Origin: an uncultured Desulfosarcina sp.
GTDB taxonomy: Bacteria > Desulfobacterota > Desulfobacteria > Desulfobacterales > Desulfosarcinaceae
Assembly: GCF_963664155.2 (NCBI RefSeq)
Contig: NZ_CAXXXH010000002.1
Span: 464,189 to 528,188, forward strand
Direction: 5' to 3'
Length of the DNA: 64,000 nt
Position numbers and translations under genes: made by a program
In this document: positions 41,447 to 51,218 of the stretch, piece after piece
Layout: each line of letters starts with the position of its first letter
How positions within the stretch are numbered: position 1 is the first letter of the stretch
The notes under the pieces: generated by a model
What the model was told of the DNA's origin: nothing
Databases searched by the model: none
What the model saw: only the letters and a program-made list of their open reading frames with translations

Positions 41447-43335
41447 GCGGCACCTCCTTTATCCTTTTTGCCGGCCGGGATGATGGCTTTGGCCGGACAG
41501 GTTTGGATGCAGGAACCGTCGCCGATGCAAAGGTCGGTATTGATGGTGACGTTGCCCTCGGTGTCCCGGGTGAAGGTGGGGCAGCCGAAGGTTTCGATAC
41601 AGGCGTGGATCCGTCCGCACACCGCTTGGTCGATCACGACATGTTTCTGCTGATAGCTGGGATTTTTTCTTTGCTCACGGGTAAACTTGAGCATGCAGGG
41701 ATGCCGGGCGATTACTACACTGAATTCGTCGATGGATGTCGCCTCGATAACCATTTTGGCCAGCTTGGCCTGCTGGTAGGTATCCACCTCGAAGATGTGT
41801 TTGACTCCCAATCCTTCCAGTACCTGCCGGACAGGGATTTTATCTGTCTCCTCGTTGAAGTTTTTTCCGCTGGCCGCATGGTCCTGATGGCCGGTCATGG
41901 CTGTGGTGCCGTTCTCCATGAGAATCAGGGTGATGGGGTGACGGTTGAAAATGGCATTGATGATGCCGGGCAAGGCGGCATGAAAAAAGGTGGAGTCGCC
42001 CATGAATGCCACCACCTTTCGGCTGGTGTTGAACAGACGCAGCCCGCTGCCTATGGCCGTGGATGCCCCCATGCACATGAGCAGTTGGCCCATTTCGTAT
42101 GGAGGCAGAAAGCCCAGGGTGTGGCAGCCGATGTCCGCCACGGTGATATCGGTGGGGGCAAGCGCCTGCTTGATGGCGTGAAAAGCGCTGCGGTGACCGC
42201 ATCCCGGGCACATCTGGGGCGGCCGGTGGGGCGCCGGATCGTCGGCTTCTGCAGCCGGTGAAGGCTGGATCATATCCGGCCACATTGCGGCCAGCAACCG
42301 ATGAACCTTGTCGGGTGTGTATTCGCCGATCCAATCCTCCGGCCCCGTTTTCCCGATGATCTTCACCGGCAGTTGTTGATCGAAGGCCAGGGCCTTGATC
42401 TGGTTTTCCGCCACGTCGTCCAGTTCTTCGAGAATTTTGACCTCCTGATGACCGGAGAGAAATCGGATGATTTTTCCACGGGGCAGGGGATGGACATAGG
42501 CCAGCTTCAGGATGTCCGGCTTGGCGGCTGCGCCATTCAACGCTTCCATCAGCGACAGAAAGGGCAATCCCATGGTGATGACACCCCGCGCGGTGTTGCC
42601 GTTATCGACGACACGGTTCAATTCCGTTTTTTCGGCCCATTGGCGGACCTGTTCCAATCTGGCAAGAGCTGCGCGTTTTTGCTCGATGGCCTGAGTGGTG
42701 AGGGGAATGTAGGCGCCGTTGGCTGGATCGAACCGGGGGGTGTCGTCCGGCGGTACCGGATTCCAGGGGCCGAAGGCCACCCTTTCTTTGGCGTGGCAGA
42801 CGTGAGTCGTGAGCCGCAGGATCACCGGCATGCGATGCTTTTGGGACAGGCGGGCGGCTTCCAGATAGAATCGGTAGACTTCAGCCGGATCTGCCGGTTC
42901 GAGGACCGGGGTGTAGCTCATCCGGGCGTAGTGGCGGTTGTCCTGCTCATTCTGAGAGGAGTTGGCTCCCGGGTCGTCGCCAAGCACCACGACCATGCCG
43001 CCGATGATATTCATCAGGCTCAGTTGGACAAAGGTGTCTGCCGCCACATTGAGGCCCACGCTTTTGAAAAAAACCGTAGACAGGTGTCCGTTGACTGCCG
43101 CCCCGTAGGCCAGCTCCGTGGCCACCTTCTCGTTGGTGGAGAATTCGAAGTAGAAGGGTCTGTCGCCTCTGGGAATGGACTGGATCGCCGAGGCGATTTC
43201 CGGTGTCGGGGATCCGGGGTAAGCACTGACGACCCGGGTACCGGCTTCCACCATGGCCCGGACGATGGCCGTGTTGCCCATGACGATCTCTAAAAAGGCT
43301 TCGCGCTTGAGCAGCATGTCTCCCATTTTTTTCAT
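41443..43335 (-). CDS. iorA: Indolepyruvate:ferredoxin oxidoreductase alpha subunit
   Basis: YPGSP, NEKVA, SSQNEQD, CPGCGH, DIGC, GDSTFFH, TAMTG, C-terminal ferredoxin Cys motifs. Confidence 0.92.
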   Translation of the reverse strand: MKKMGDMLLKREAFLEIVMGNTAIVRAMVEAGTRVVSAYPGSPTPEIASAIQSIPRGDRPFYFEFSTNEKVATELAYGAAVNGHLSTVFFKSVGLNVAADTFVQLSLMNIIGGMVVVLGDDPGANSSQNEQDNRHYARMSYTPVLEPADPAEVYRFYLEAARLSQKHRMPVILRLTTHVCHAKERVAFGPWNPVPPDDTPRFDPANGAYIPLTTQAIEQKRAALARLEQVRQWAEKTELNRVVDNGNTARGVITMGLPFLSLMEALNGAAAKPDILKLAYVHPLPRGKIIRFLSGHQEVKILEELDDVAENQIKALAFDQQLPVKIIGKTGPEDWIGEYTPDKVHRLLAAMWPDMIQPSPAAEADDPAPHRPPQMCPGCGHRSAFHAIKQALAPTDITVADIGCHTLGFLPPYEMGQLLMCMGASTAIGSGLRLFNTSRKVVAFMGDSTFFHAALPGIINAIFNRHPITLILMENGTTAMTGHQDHAASGKNFNEETDKIPVRQVLEGLGVKHIFEVDTYQQAKLAKMVIEATSIDEFSVVIARHPCMLKFTREQRKNPSYQQKHVVIDQAVCGRIHACIETFGCPTFTRDTEGNVTINTDLCIGDGSCIQTCPAKAIIPAGKKDKGGAA

Positions 43336-43427
43336 GGCGTTTCTCCTGAAGGGAACCGTTGTGCACCGAGAAGAAGCGTTCGGGCGAATGGCATATGCCC
43401 GGTGCCTGTTAACGCTTTGATACCTTT

Positions 43428-43456
43428 ACTCTATGTTCACAGAAAAGACTTGTCAA
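43428..43456 (-). promoter_or_regulatory. Sigma70 promoter for iorAB
   Basis: Minus strand TTGACA-N17-TAGAGT. Confidence 0.6.
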
Positions 43457-43487
43457 TTCGTGGCAGAAAGCCAATCCTCGATTGAAC

Positions 43488-44741
43488 TTACCAGGCCACT
43501 GGCTTGCGGCGGATGGGCATGGTCATGCACCGGGCGCCGCCACCGCCGCGGGGCAGCTCCGAACCGTCAAGGGTGATAGCGCACCGTCCCAGTCCTGCCA
43601 ACTGCCTTCGGCCGGTGATAATGTCGTCGGCGGGAATGATTTCGAAACCGTTTTTGTTCATCTCCTCCATGGTATGGACGTTGCGGGCATACCCCACCAC
43701 CTTTCCGGGGGCCAGGGCAAAAAAATTGGCACCGGAATGCCACTGCTCCCGCTCCTGGACCCACAAGTCCTCCTCGCCGCCACAGCACACCGGTGTCAAG
43801 TCCATGCCTATACATTGCAGGGCATCGATGAGACCTTTTTCCTCCCGGATGCTGGTGACCCGCCCGTTTTCGATGAGGATGTGGATGGTCTGGTACTTGC
43901 TTGGCCTGAGCAGAAGTGGCTTGAACACCATGCAGTGGCTCCGGTCCAGTAAGGTGAATACCATGTCCAGGTGGATAAACGATTCGGGGCGGTGGGGCAA
44001 TTCCTGGACCAGGATGTGCCGTTCACGGTCTTTTTGGGCCTTGAGTCGATCGATGATGAAGTCGATGCCCTGGGTGGAGGTGCGGCTGCCGTTGCCGATG
44101 ACCAGGATGTCGTCCCGGGCAACCAGCACATCACCGCCTTCGACCGTGGCGGCGGGATCAGGATGCTTCTGCGCAAGCAGGTTGACCGTATCGGCGGAAA
44201 ACGGGGGTGCATGGTTGAAGATGGCTTCCATGATGATGGATTCGCGGGATCTGACCGGCTTGGCCATCCGGCCGATGAGTATTTCATCCATGATTGCCAT
44301 GGCTGCATCGCGGGTAAAGAAAAAGTTATGCAGCGGGGGCAGGGAAAACCGTTCCTTGGAAAGGAAACGGGTCAGGTTGTCCAGCGGCTGAACCACCCCT
44401 TCGATGAGTCGCTGGGCAAGTGTTTTTTCCGGCAGGGCCAGTAGGTCGTCGCACAGGTCGAGACATCCCTCGGCCTCGCAGATGTGCAGCACCAGCGGTG
44501 TTTTTGCCGCCGGTTCCGCCAGAACCGATTCGAGCAGATCACGCACCTGGTAAGTGAGGGTAACCGTATTCAACAGGTCTTCAAGCTGCGCGTATTCTTT
44601 CTGGGCCACGGACAGGTTGAGGATGTCGCTGTAGAGGGCCCGTTCCGCATTTTGGGGGGTCATGTTTTCGACTTCCGGACCGGGCGTGTGCAGGATCACC
44701 CCTTCCAGTTCGCCGATTTCAGATTTTATTTCGATTTTCAT
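43488..44741 (-). CDS. arcA: Arginine deiminase
   Basis: SEIGEL, FFTRD, EGGDV, HLD, GGGARCMT (catalytic Cys). Confidence 0.92.
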   Translation of the reverse strand: MKIEIKSEIGELEGVILHTPGPEVENMTPQNAERALYSDILNLSVAQKEYAQLEDLLNTVTLTYQVRDLLESVLAEPAAKTPLVLHICEAEGCLDLCDDLLALPEKTLAQRLIEGVVQPLDNLTRFLSKERFSLPPLHNFFFTRDAAMAIMDEILIGRMAKPVRSRESIIMEAIFNHAPPFSADTVNLLAQKHPDPAATVEGGDVLVARDDILVIGNGSRTSTQGIDFIIDRLKAQKDRERHILVQELPHRPESFIHLDMVFTLLDRSHCMVFKPLLLRPSKYQTIHILIENGRVTSIREEKGLIDALQCIGMDLTPVCCGGEEDLWVQEREQWHSGANFFALAPGKVVGYARNVHTMEEMNKNGFEIIPADDIITGRRQLAGLGRCAITLDGSELPRGGGGARCMTMPIRRKPVAW

Positions 44742-44907
44742 CTGTTCGATACCTTTTCGGGTGGCAGGCTGATGATGGTGCAAAACATATTCCGGTGGTG
44801 GCTATCTACCAAATAAAACGGGAAAAAGAAATGCTTGCAATACGGGTACACCGGCTCTATTAAAGCCGGAAAAACAGAAACCCGTCCGCGGCTCAGTGGG
44901 GTGTCAA

Positions 44908-46326
44908 ATGGGAAAGCAACGTCCGGCTTCCTGCTGGAACGAGATGATTTCGGCAAATCTGGCCGAGTTCGGTGATACTGCAGGCGAGTTGAACTGGGTT
45001 TCTCCGGCCGGGGCGATGGCCGCGGAGCGGGAGCGTGCCGGACGACTCGAAGCCATGGGTGGACAGCTCGAACTAGCCTTTAAAGGAACCAAGCCGCATA
45101 TCGGTCCTCTGTCCCCCGGTTGCCGCATCTGCGGTGAAGGGGATTGGTCCTGTCTGTTCGTCAACGGCAAATGCAACTGCCGGTGCTTTTACTGCCCGAG
45201 TTCCCAGGACGAGATCGGCGTGCCCACCACCAACCGGGTTCCCTTTGCCCGACCTGCCGATTATGCCGCTTATGTGGGCCATTTCGGTTTCAGCGGCACG
45301 AGCATCAGCGGCGGCGAACCTTTGCTGACACCGGCGCTTACCCTGCGCTTTCTGAAGGCGGTGCATCAATCAAGAAATCGTCCGCGCCACTTGTGGATGT
45401 ACACCAATGGTACCTTGCTGACGGCGGATCTTGTGAAAAAGCTCCGCGACGCCGGTCTGGACGAGATCCGATTCGATCTCAGTGCCGTGGATTACGATCT
45501 GAAAAAAGTCCGGCTGGCGGTCGGGCAGATCCCCACGGTCACCGTCGAGATTCCTGCCATTCCCGAAGATTTTCAGCGGCTGGCCGAATTGCTGCCCCGA
45601 ATGAAAGCGACTGGCGTCGATCATTTGAATCTTCACCAGCTTCGTCTGAACCCTTTCAACCGGGTCCAGTTGGATAAACGAAAATATACGTATCTGCACG
45701 GGGAAAAAGTGACCGTCCTGGAGTCTGAGCTGACGGCATTAGCGCTGATGCAACATGTCGTCGACAATAATGTCGGACTCCCGGTCAACTATTGTGCCTC
45801 CGTCTTCCAGCACCGCTTCCAGCGTGCCGCTGCGCGACGCAGGAGTGCCCGATTGATGGCAAAACCCCATGAGACTATCACGGAAAACGGGTATATCCGA
45901 TCCCTTGCCGTGGTCGGTGATCCGGAAGACCTCTCCCGGCTGGCTGACCGGTTGACCAATAGTGGAGTAAATCCCCAATTATGGACCATCGGCAGTCGCA
46001 AAGACCATTTGCCCTTTCATCCGCAACTATGGGCGCACGTGGTTTCCCCTGGGCTGAAAATGGCGGTCTTCTATTCAGAAGCGTTGCTGTGTCCCCACAT
46101 CTCCTACCACCGCACCTTCAAGGAGGTCCGCATCAATTCAGAAATGCGGCTTTTCATCGAAAAACAGCCGGTCTGCCCTGAAATTTATCTGGATGAAGTG
46201 AAGCGAACGCGGTTTATTTCCATCGTGGACCATCCGGACAGGCAGGTCGTGGAAAAACACAATACGTCCGACGACCGGTTTCTGGATTATGAATTGATTC
46301 AACCCGGGCTTCAGGATTATTTCTGA
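44908..46326 (+). CDS. Radical SAM protein (COG2108-like, function unknown; start uncertain)
   Basis: LSPGCRIC, CNCRCFYC, SGGEP, MYTNG, GLDEIRF, VEIPAIP. Confidence 0.85.
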   Translation: MGKQRPASCWNEMISANLAEFGDTAGELNWVSPAGAMAAERERAGRLEAMGGQLELAFKGTKPHIGPLSPGCRICGEGDWSCLFVNGKCNCRCFYCPSSQDEIGVPTTNRVPFARPADYAAYVGHFGFSGTSISGGEPLLTPALTLRFLKAVHQSRNRPRHLWMYTNGTLLTADLVKKLRDAGLDEIRFDLSAVDYDLKKVRLAVGQIPTVTVEIPAIPEDFQRLAELLPRMKATGVDHLNLHQLRLNPFNRVQLDKRKYTYLHGEKVTVLESELTALALMQHVVDNNVGLPVNYCASVFQHRFQRAAARRRSARLMAKPHETITENGYIRSLAVVGDPEDLSRLADRLTNSGVNPQLWTIGSRKDHLPFHPQLWAHVVSPGLKMAVFYSEALLCPHISYHRTFKEVRINSEMRLFIEKQPVCPEIYLDEVKRTRFISIVDHPDRQVVEKHNTSDDRFLDYELIQPGLQDYF

Positions 46327-46451
46327 ATGCTTTTCAGGCCAGGGTCCGTTGTTGAGATTCGACCGACCTCATCGACTTGACATCCACCGCCGCGGGAAAT
46401 ATTCTGGTACCCATAATCAACAACAAAATTAGCATGCATCAGGAGGATGCC

Positions 46452-46733
46452 ATGGAAGAAAAAGCCAGGGCGCACCTGATTGTTTCCGGGCGGGTTCAAG
46501 GGGTATGTTTCAGGGCGGCAACCCAAAAGGCGGCAGCGATTTTCGGGCTGTACGGATGGGTCAGAAATAAACACGACGGCACGGTTGAAGCGATCGTTGA
46601 GGGCTCAAAAAAGGATGTGATCTCTATGATCAACTGGTGCCGTGAAGGTCCTCCCATCTCCAGGGTGGAAAAGGTCGATGTCACCTGGCAGGATTATCAC
46701 GGCGAGTTCAGCGAATTCGGTATTCACTATTAA
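46452..46733 (+). CDS. acyP: Acylphosphatase
   Basis: SGRVQGVCFR, GWVRN, DGTVE, GPP; AGGAGG RBS. Confidence 0.93.
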   Translation: MEEKARAHLIVSGRVQGVCFRAATQKAAAIFGLYGWVRNKHDGTVEAIVEGSKKDVISMINWCREGPPISRVEKVDVTWQDYHGEFSEFGIHY

Positions 46734-46759
46734 CCCCACGCCAATTCTCGGAGGAAGCC

Positions 46760-47092
46760 ATGCCCGCGAACACTTCCCTTCAAAAAGCCGAAAAATTCGA
46801 AATTGAAAAATATAAAACCCCCAAGGATATCCGATCCCTTTCCAAGACGCATGTGCATTACACGGGATCGCCGCAGAAACATCCTCTGGACCCGGACCGA
46901 ATTATCTTGTTGCCTGACCCGTATAACGAGAAAAGCCCCTACCTGGAATTCAGTAAAAATGACATCACCCACGTGGAGAAGCTGGCCAACATCGTCAACC
47001 TGGAGGGTGCAACCGTCAGCATGGTAAGAATCTGGGTGAAAAAAGGCAGCATCGCCATCCAGTGCACGCCGTTTAAGGTAACTTCAATGTAG
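46760..47092 (+). CDS. Conserved hypothetical protein
   Basis: GGAGG RBS, operon position and globular composition; GSPQKHP and RIWVKKGS segments. Confidence 0.75.
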   Translation: MPANTSLQKAEKFEIEKYKTPKDIRSLSKTHVHYTGSPQKHPLDPDRIILLPDPYNEKSPYLEFSKNDITHVEKLANIVNLEGATVSMVRIWVKKGSIAIQCTPFKVTSM

Positions 47093-47329
47093 CTTCTCGG
47101 TTGATCCGGTAGACGGATCTATTGGGTTCATCAGTATGGTGGAGGCTGTTTTTTTCCACCACCGGCCCGGCTGCGCTATGGCGATCAAAGGTGATGGCCG
47201 TGCCGCGAAATTCTCCTCCCCGCCCCTGATTTGCAAAAAGTCGTGAGATAAGGCATTATAGACTATCAAGGATCGGCGCACGCGATCACCTGTCGCTCAA
47301 TCTACAGCAGCACTTCTCATTCAACTCTA

Positions 47330-47493
47330 AACCTGGCGGCAGGTCGTTGAAGTCATGCGCACTGGAAGAAGAAGGCTTTGATCCGGCAGACATTCAGATT
47401 GATTCCCGGCCTGCCACGGGAACGCTGCGAGTGGATCTGAAAGAATAGGAAATTATGCATTTTGAAATCCGTCCAAATTCAACACACGTTTAA
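47330..47493 (+). pseudogene. Probable internal fragment of a PfkB-family (fructo)kinase gene
   Basis: The frame from 47359 reads ALEEEGFDPADIQIDSRPATGTLRVDLKE*EIMHFEIRPN, like the recalled PfkB pattern G.D...IQ.D...PTG.V.V.L...G.P.F.I; internal TAG at 47446. Confidence 0.5.
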
Positions 47494-49672
47494 GAGGCCA
47501 TACGTCCAGTTGTTCAGCCTTCACGGACTGATTCGATCGAAAAACCTGGAAATGGGAAGAGATGCGGATACCGGCGGGCAGGTCAAATATGTCTTGGAAT
47601 TGGGGACTGCTCTGAGCTCCCGGGAGGACATCGGTCGCGTGGATCTGTTCACCCGCCTGATTGCCGACAAACGCGTTTCTTCGGATTACAGTCAACCCGT
47701 CGAGGTTATCAATGACAAGTTTCGCATCGTTCGCATTCAATGCGGGGGGCGAAAATATATGCGCAAAGAGCTCCTCTGGCCCCATCTCGAAGAGTATGTG
47801 GACAAGACGATCAAGTTCATCAAGCGCTCCCAGGCCATGCCGGACATCGTCCACGGCCACTATCCCGATGCCGGATACGTGGCCATGCAACTGGCCGAAA
47901 TCTTCGGATTGCCCTTCGTATACACCGGCCACTCCCTCGGCCGCGCCAAACTGGCCAGGCTTGCGGAACAGGGGATGAGCGAGGCGGAAATCATCAAGAA
48001 ATTCAAAATCGATCATCGCATCGATGCGGAAGAGCAGATCATAGCCCGGGCGGACTTGGTGGTTACCAGCACCCGGCATGAAATCGAGGAGCAGTACGGC
48101 CTTTACCACAACAAGGATGTCCCCGACTATCAAGTGGTGCCCCCCGGCATCGGCATCGACACGTTCTATCCGTTTTATCATGATATGCTCGACGATGCGG
48201 AACGGTCGGAGAACGCCAGATATGCCCAGGCCTCCATGCTCAAGGAATTAAACCGTTTTTTCATGAACCCGGAGAAACCGCTGGTCCTGGCCCTGAGCCG
48301 CCCGGATAAGCGCAAAAATATATCCGGGCTGGTCAGGGCCTATGGGGAAGATCTCGAACTGCAGAGCATGGCCAATCTGGCCGTGTTCGCCGGGCTGCGC
48401 AAAGATATCGATGCCATGGCGGACAACGAACGCGAAGTGCTCACCGAAATGCTTCTGGCCATGGACAAATACGACCTTTACGGCAAGATGGCTATCCCCA
48501 AGAAACACGATTTCGAATACGAAGTGCCGGCCCTTTACCGGATTGCCGCTGAGCGAAGAGGGGTATTTATCAATCCGGCCCTAACGGAGCCCTTCGGCTT
48601 GACCCTGCTGGAGGCATCGGCAACCGGATTGCCCATCGTGGCCACCGATGACGGTGGGCCCAACGATATCGTCCACAACTGCAAAAACGGTATTCTGGTT
48701 AATGTTGCCCATACAGAGCAGATATCGTCGGCACTCCGCAAAATTATCGCGGATAAGGAGTTGTGGGAACGTTACTCGAAAAACGGCATCATGAATGTGC
48801 GCAAGCATTACACCTGGCAAACGCATACCCATAAATATGCCGCCGCTGTCCGCAAGCTGACCGCCGCCAGTCGACGATCTACGCTGGACACCGTCAAACC
48901 CTCAGATTCAGTTGGTCGTCGGCTGATAAAGCTCAATCATTTCATGATCACCGATATCGACAATACACTGGTCGGTACCGACAACGCTCAACTGGAAAAA
49001 CTGGTGCAACTGCTGAAGGAGAACCGGAGCCGCATGGGATTCGGGGTGGCCACCGGAAGGACCGCCGATTCAGCCAGAACGATACTGGAAAAATACCGCA
49101 TTCCATTCCCGGACGTGATCATCTGTTCGGTGGGCAGCGCCCTTTTCTATGGGAAGAGCGATAAACCCAGCCCGGGATGGGCCAGCCACATTGCCAGCCG
49201 ATGGAACCGGGATAAAATCGTCGAACTGCTCAAAGACCTCGATTTTCTGGAATACCAGGAAGAAGAAACCCAGCGTCGCTTCAAGGTCAGTTATTACATG
49301 GATCCGGCCAAAGATCGATTGTCCACCATCCACCACCGCCTGCTTCACTTCCGCTGCCGGTACAACCTGATCTACTCGCACGATCGCTACTTGGACATCC
49401 TGCCTTACCGGGCTTCCAAGGGAAAGGCCATTCGCTACCTGAGCTACAAGTGGGAAATCCCGCTGACAAATTTTCTGGTATGCGGGGATTCGGGCAACGA
49501 TGAGGAGATGCTTCGTGGAGAACCCCGCGCCGTGGTGGTGGCCAACTACAGTCATGAACTGGAGCATCTGAAGGGCAGCCGGAATGTCTATTTCGCAGAG
49601 AGCGAATGTGCCGGTGGAATCATTGAAGGAATGCAGCACTACGGTTTCATCGATGAGGCGAATGGAGGTTAA
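47462..49672 (+). CDS. sps: Sucrose-phosphate synthase fused to a HAD sucrose-phosphatase domain
   Basis: SLHGLIR, GRDADTGGQVKYV, HGHY, TGHSLG, EPFGLTLLE; HAD motifs TDIDNTL, ATGR, ASKG, GDSGND. Confidence 0.92.
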   Translation: MKSVQIQHTFKRPYVQLFSLHGLIRSKNLEMGRDADTGGQVKYVLELGTALSSREDIGRVDLFTRLIADKRVSSDYSQPVEVINDKFRIVRIQCGGRKYMRKELLWPHLEEYVDKTIKFIKRSQAMPDIVHGHYPDAGYVAMQLAEIFGLPFVYTGHSLGRAKLARLAEQGMSEAEIIKKFKIDHRIDAEEQIIARADLVVTSTRHEIEEQYGLYHNKDVPDYQVVPPGIGIDTFYPFYHDMLDDAERSENARYAQASMLKELNRFFMNPEKPLVLALSRPDKRKNISGLVRAYGEDLELQSMANLAVFAGLRKDIDAMADNEREVLTEMLLAMDKYDLYGKMAIPKKHDFEYEVPALYRIAAERRGVFINPALTEPFGLTLLEASATGLPIVATDDGGPNDIVHNCKNGILVNVAHTEQISSALRKIIADKELWERYSKNGIMNVRKHYTWQTHTHKYAAAVRKLTAASRRSTLDTVKPSDSVGRRLIKLNHFMITDIDNTLVGTDNAQLEKLVQLLKENRSRMGFGVATGRTADSARTILEKYRIPFPDVIICSVGSALFYGKSDKPSPGWASHIASRWNRDKIVELLKDLDFLEYQEEETQRRFKVSYYMDPAKDRLSTIHHRLLHFRCRYNLIYSHDRYLDILPYRASKGKAIRYLSYKWEIPLTNFLVCGDSGNDEEMLRGEPRAVVVANYSHELEHLKGSRNVYFAESECAGGIIEGMQHYGFIDEANGG

Positions 49673-49675
49673 GCG

Positions 49676-51124
49676 ATGACGCTAAAAAATGAAGTGCAGT
49701 TGATTGTCTATCCGGACAGCCTTGGCGGAGACCTCGTAGAGCTGCATTACGTGCTACGCCGCTACTTGAGCCGGGCCATCGGCGGCGTTCACCTGCTGCC
49801 GTTCTATCCTTCTTCCGCGGACCGCGGATTTGCCCCGTTGACCTATGATGAAGTGGACCCGGTCTTCGGCACCTGGAGGGATATCGATCTGATCGGGCGG
49901 GAATTCGATCTGATCATCGATTTCATGGTCAACCATATTTCCAGGCTGTCCGTCTATTTCCAGGATTACTTCGAAAAGGGACCGGACTCCGAATTTGCCG
50001 ACATGTTTCTGAGTTTCAACAAACTCAGCCCGACCGGTGAAATCAGCGAAACGGAGCTGGCAAAGGTTTACACCCGCAAACCCCGGCCGCCGTACACCAT
50101 CATCCAGCGCGCCGACGGCTCCAAGGAAAAAGTCTGGTGCACGTTTGACTATGAGCAGATCGACCTGGACTGGAATTCACCCAAAACCCGAGAGGTGATG
50201 CGGCGCTACCTGATCCAATTGTCGCGGACCCCGGCGAAGATGATCCGCATGGATGCCTTTGCCTATTCGACGATGAAACTCGGCACCAACTGTTTTTTCC
50301 TGGAGCCCGAGGTGTGGCAACTGCTGCAGTGGCTCCAGGATTATGTTTCCCCCTTCGGTGTTGAAATCCTGCCCGAGGTGCACGAGCATTACCGCTATCA
50401 TCAGAAGATTTCCGCCAACGGGTACTGGACCTATGATTTTTCGCTGCCCATGCTGGTCCTGAACACGCTATATCATCACACCAGCCGGGTGCTGAAACAA
50501 TGGCTGGCCATCTGCCCCCGTAAACAGATCACCACCCTGGACACCCACGACGGCATCGGTGTGGTGGATGTGCAAGACCTTCTGACTTCTGAAGAAATCC
50601 AGCTTACCCTGGATGGTCTGGATGAAAAGGGTGCCAATACCCGAAAAATATTTTCCGGTCCCGAGTACCAGAATCTGGACGTCTATCAGGTGAACTGCAC
50701 TTATTATTCTGCGCTGGAGCGCAACGACGATTCCTATATTGCCGCACGCGCCATCCAGTTTTTCACACCGGGCATTCCCCAGGTCTATTATGTGGGCCTT
50801 TTGGCCGGCGAAAATGACATCGAACTGGTCCAACAGACCAAAAACGGCCGGGACATCAACCGTCACAACTACACCCTGGACGAGATCGCTGTCGAGATTC
50901 AAAAGCCGGTGGTTCGGCGTTTATTGCGGCTCATGGAATTCAGGAGCACCTGTCGGGCTTTTGGCGGCCAGTTTACCATCGACGATGCGCCCGACGATCG
51001 CCTCAAACTGACTTGGACCCATGGTGTCCACCGGGCCACCCTCCGGATCGATCTGGTGAGCTACGAAACCCGGATTGACCATTTCGACGAAGGGAAACAG
51101 GCTATTGTCGAATTTGTTGTCTGA
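49676..51124 (+). CDS. gtfA: Sucrose phosphorylase (GH13_18)
   Basis: GGVHLLPFYP, DRGF, RMDAFAY, LPEVH, LDTHDGIG, NLDVYQVNCTYY, PGIPQVYY, GRDINRH. Confidence 0.88.
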   Translation: MTLKNEVQLIVYPDSLGGDLVELHYVLRRYLSRAIGGVHLLPFYPSSADRGFAPLTYDEVDPVFGTWRDIDLIGREFDLIIDFMVNHISRLSVYFQDYFEKGPDSEFADMFLSFNKLSPTGEISETELAKVYTRKPRPPYTIIQRADGSKEKVWCTFDYEQIDLDWNSPKTREVMRRYLIQLSRTPAKMIRMDAFAYSTMKLGTNCFFLEPEVWQLLQWLQDYVSPFGVEILPEVHEHYRYHQKISANGYWTYDFSLPMLVLNTLYHHTSRVLKQWLAICPRKQITTLDTHDGIGVVDVQDLLTSEEIQLTLDGLDEKGANTRKIFSGPEYQNLDVYQVNCTYYSALERNDDSYIAARAIQFFTPGIPQVYYVGLLAGENDIELVQQTKNGRDINRHNYTLDEIAVEIQKPVVRRLLRLMEFRSTCRAFGGQFTIDDAPDDRLKLTWTHGVHRATLRIDLVSYETRIDHFDEGKQAIVEFVV

Positions 51125-51218
51125 GAGAACCGTGGCCGCCGACCGGAAGGGGTGTTCCTCTTTGGCGTGAAACCGTGCCGGAAAAAGACCATCCGACGGA
51201 GACCTGTCCCTAAAGCCG

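Noticed and set aside
42301-44391. Long antisense ORFs (330 aa and 295 aa; likewise 12329-13126 and 60831-61724)
   Set aside because: Shadow frames of well-supported GC-rich genes on the opposite strand.
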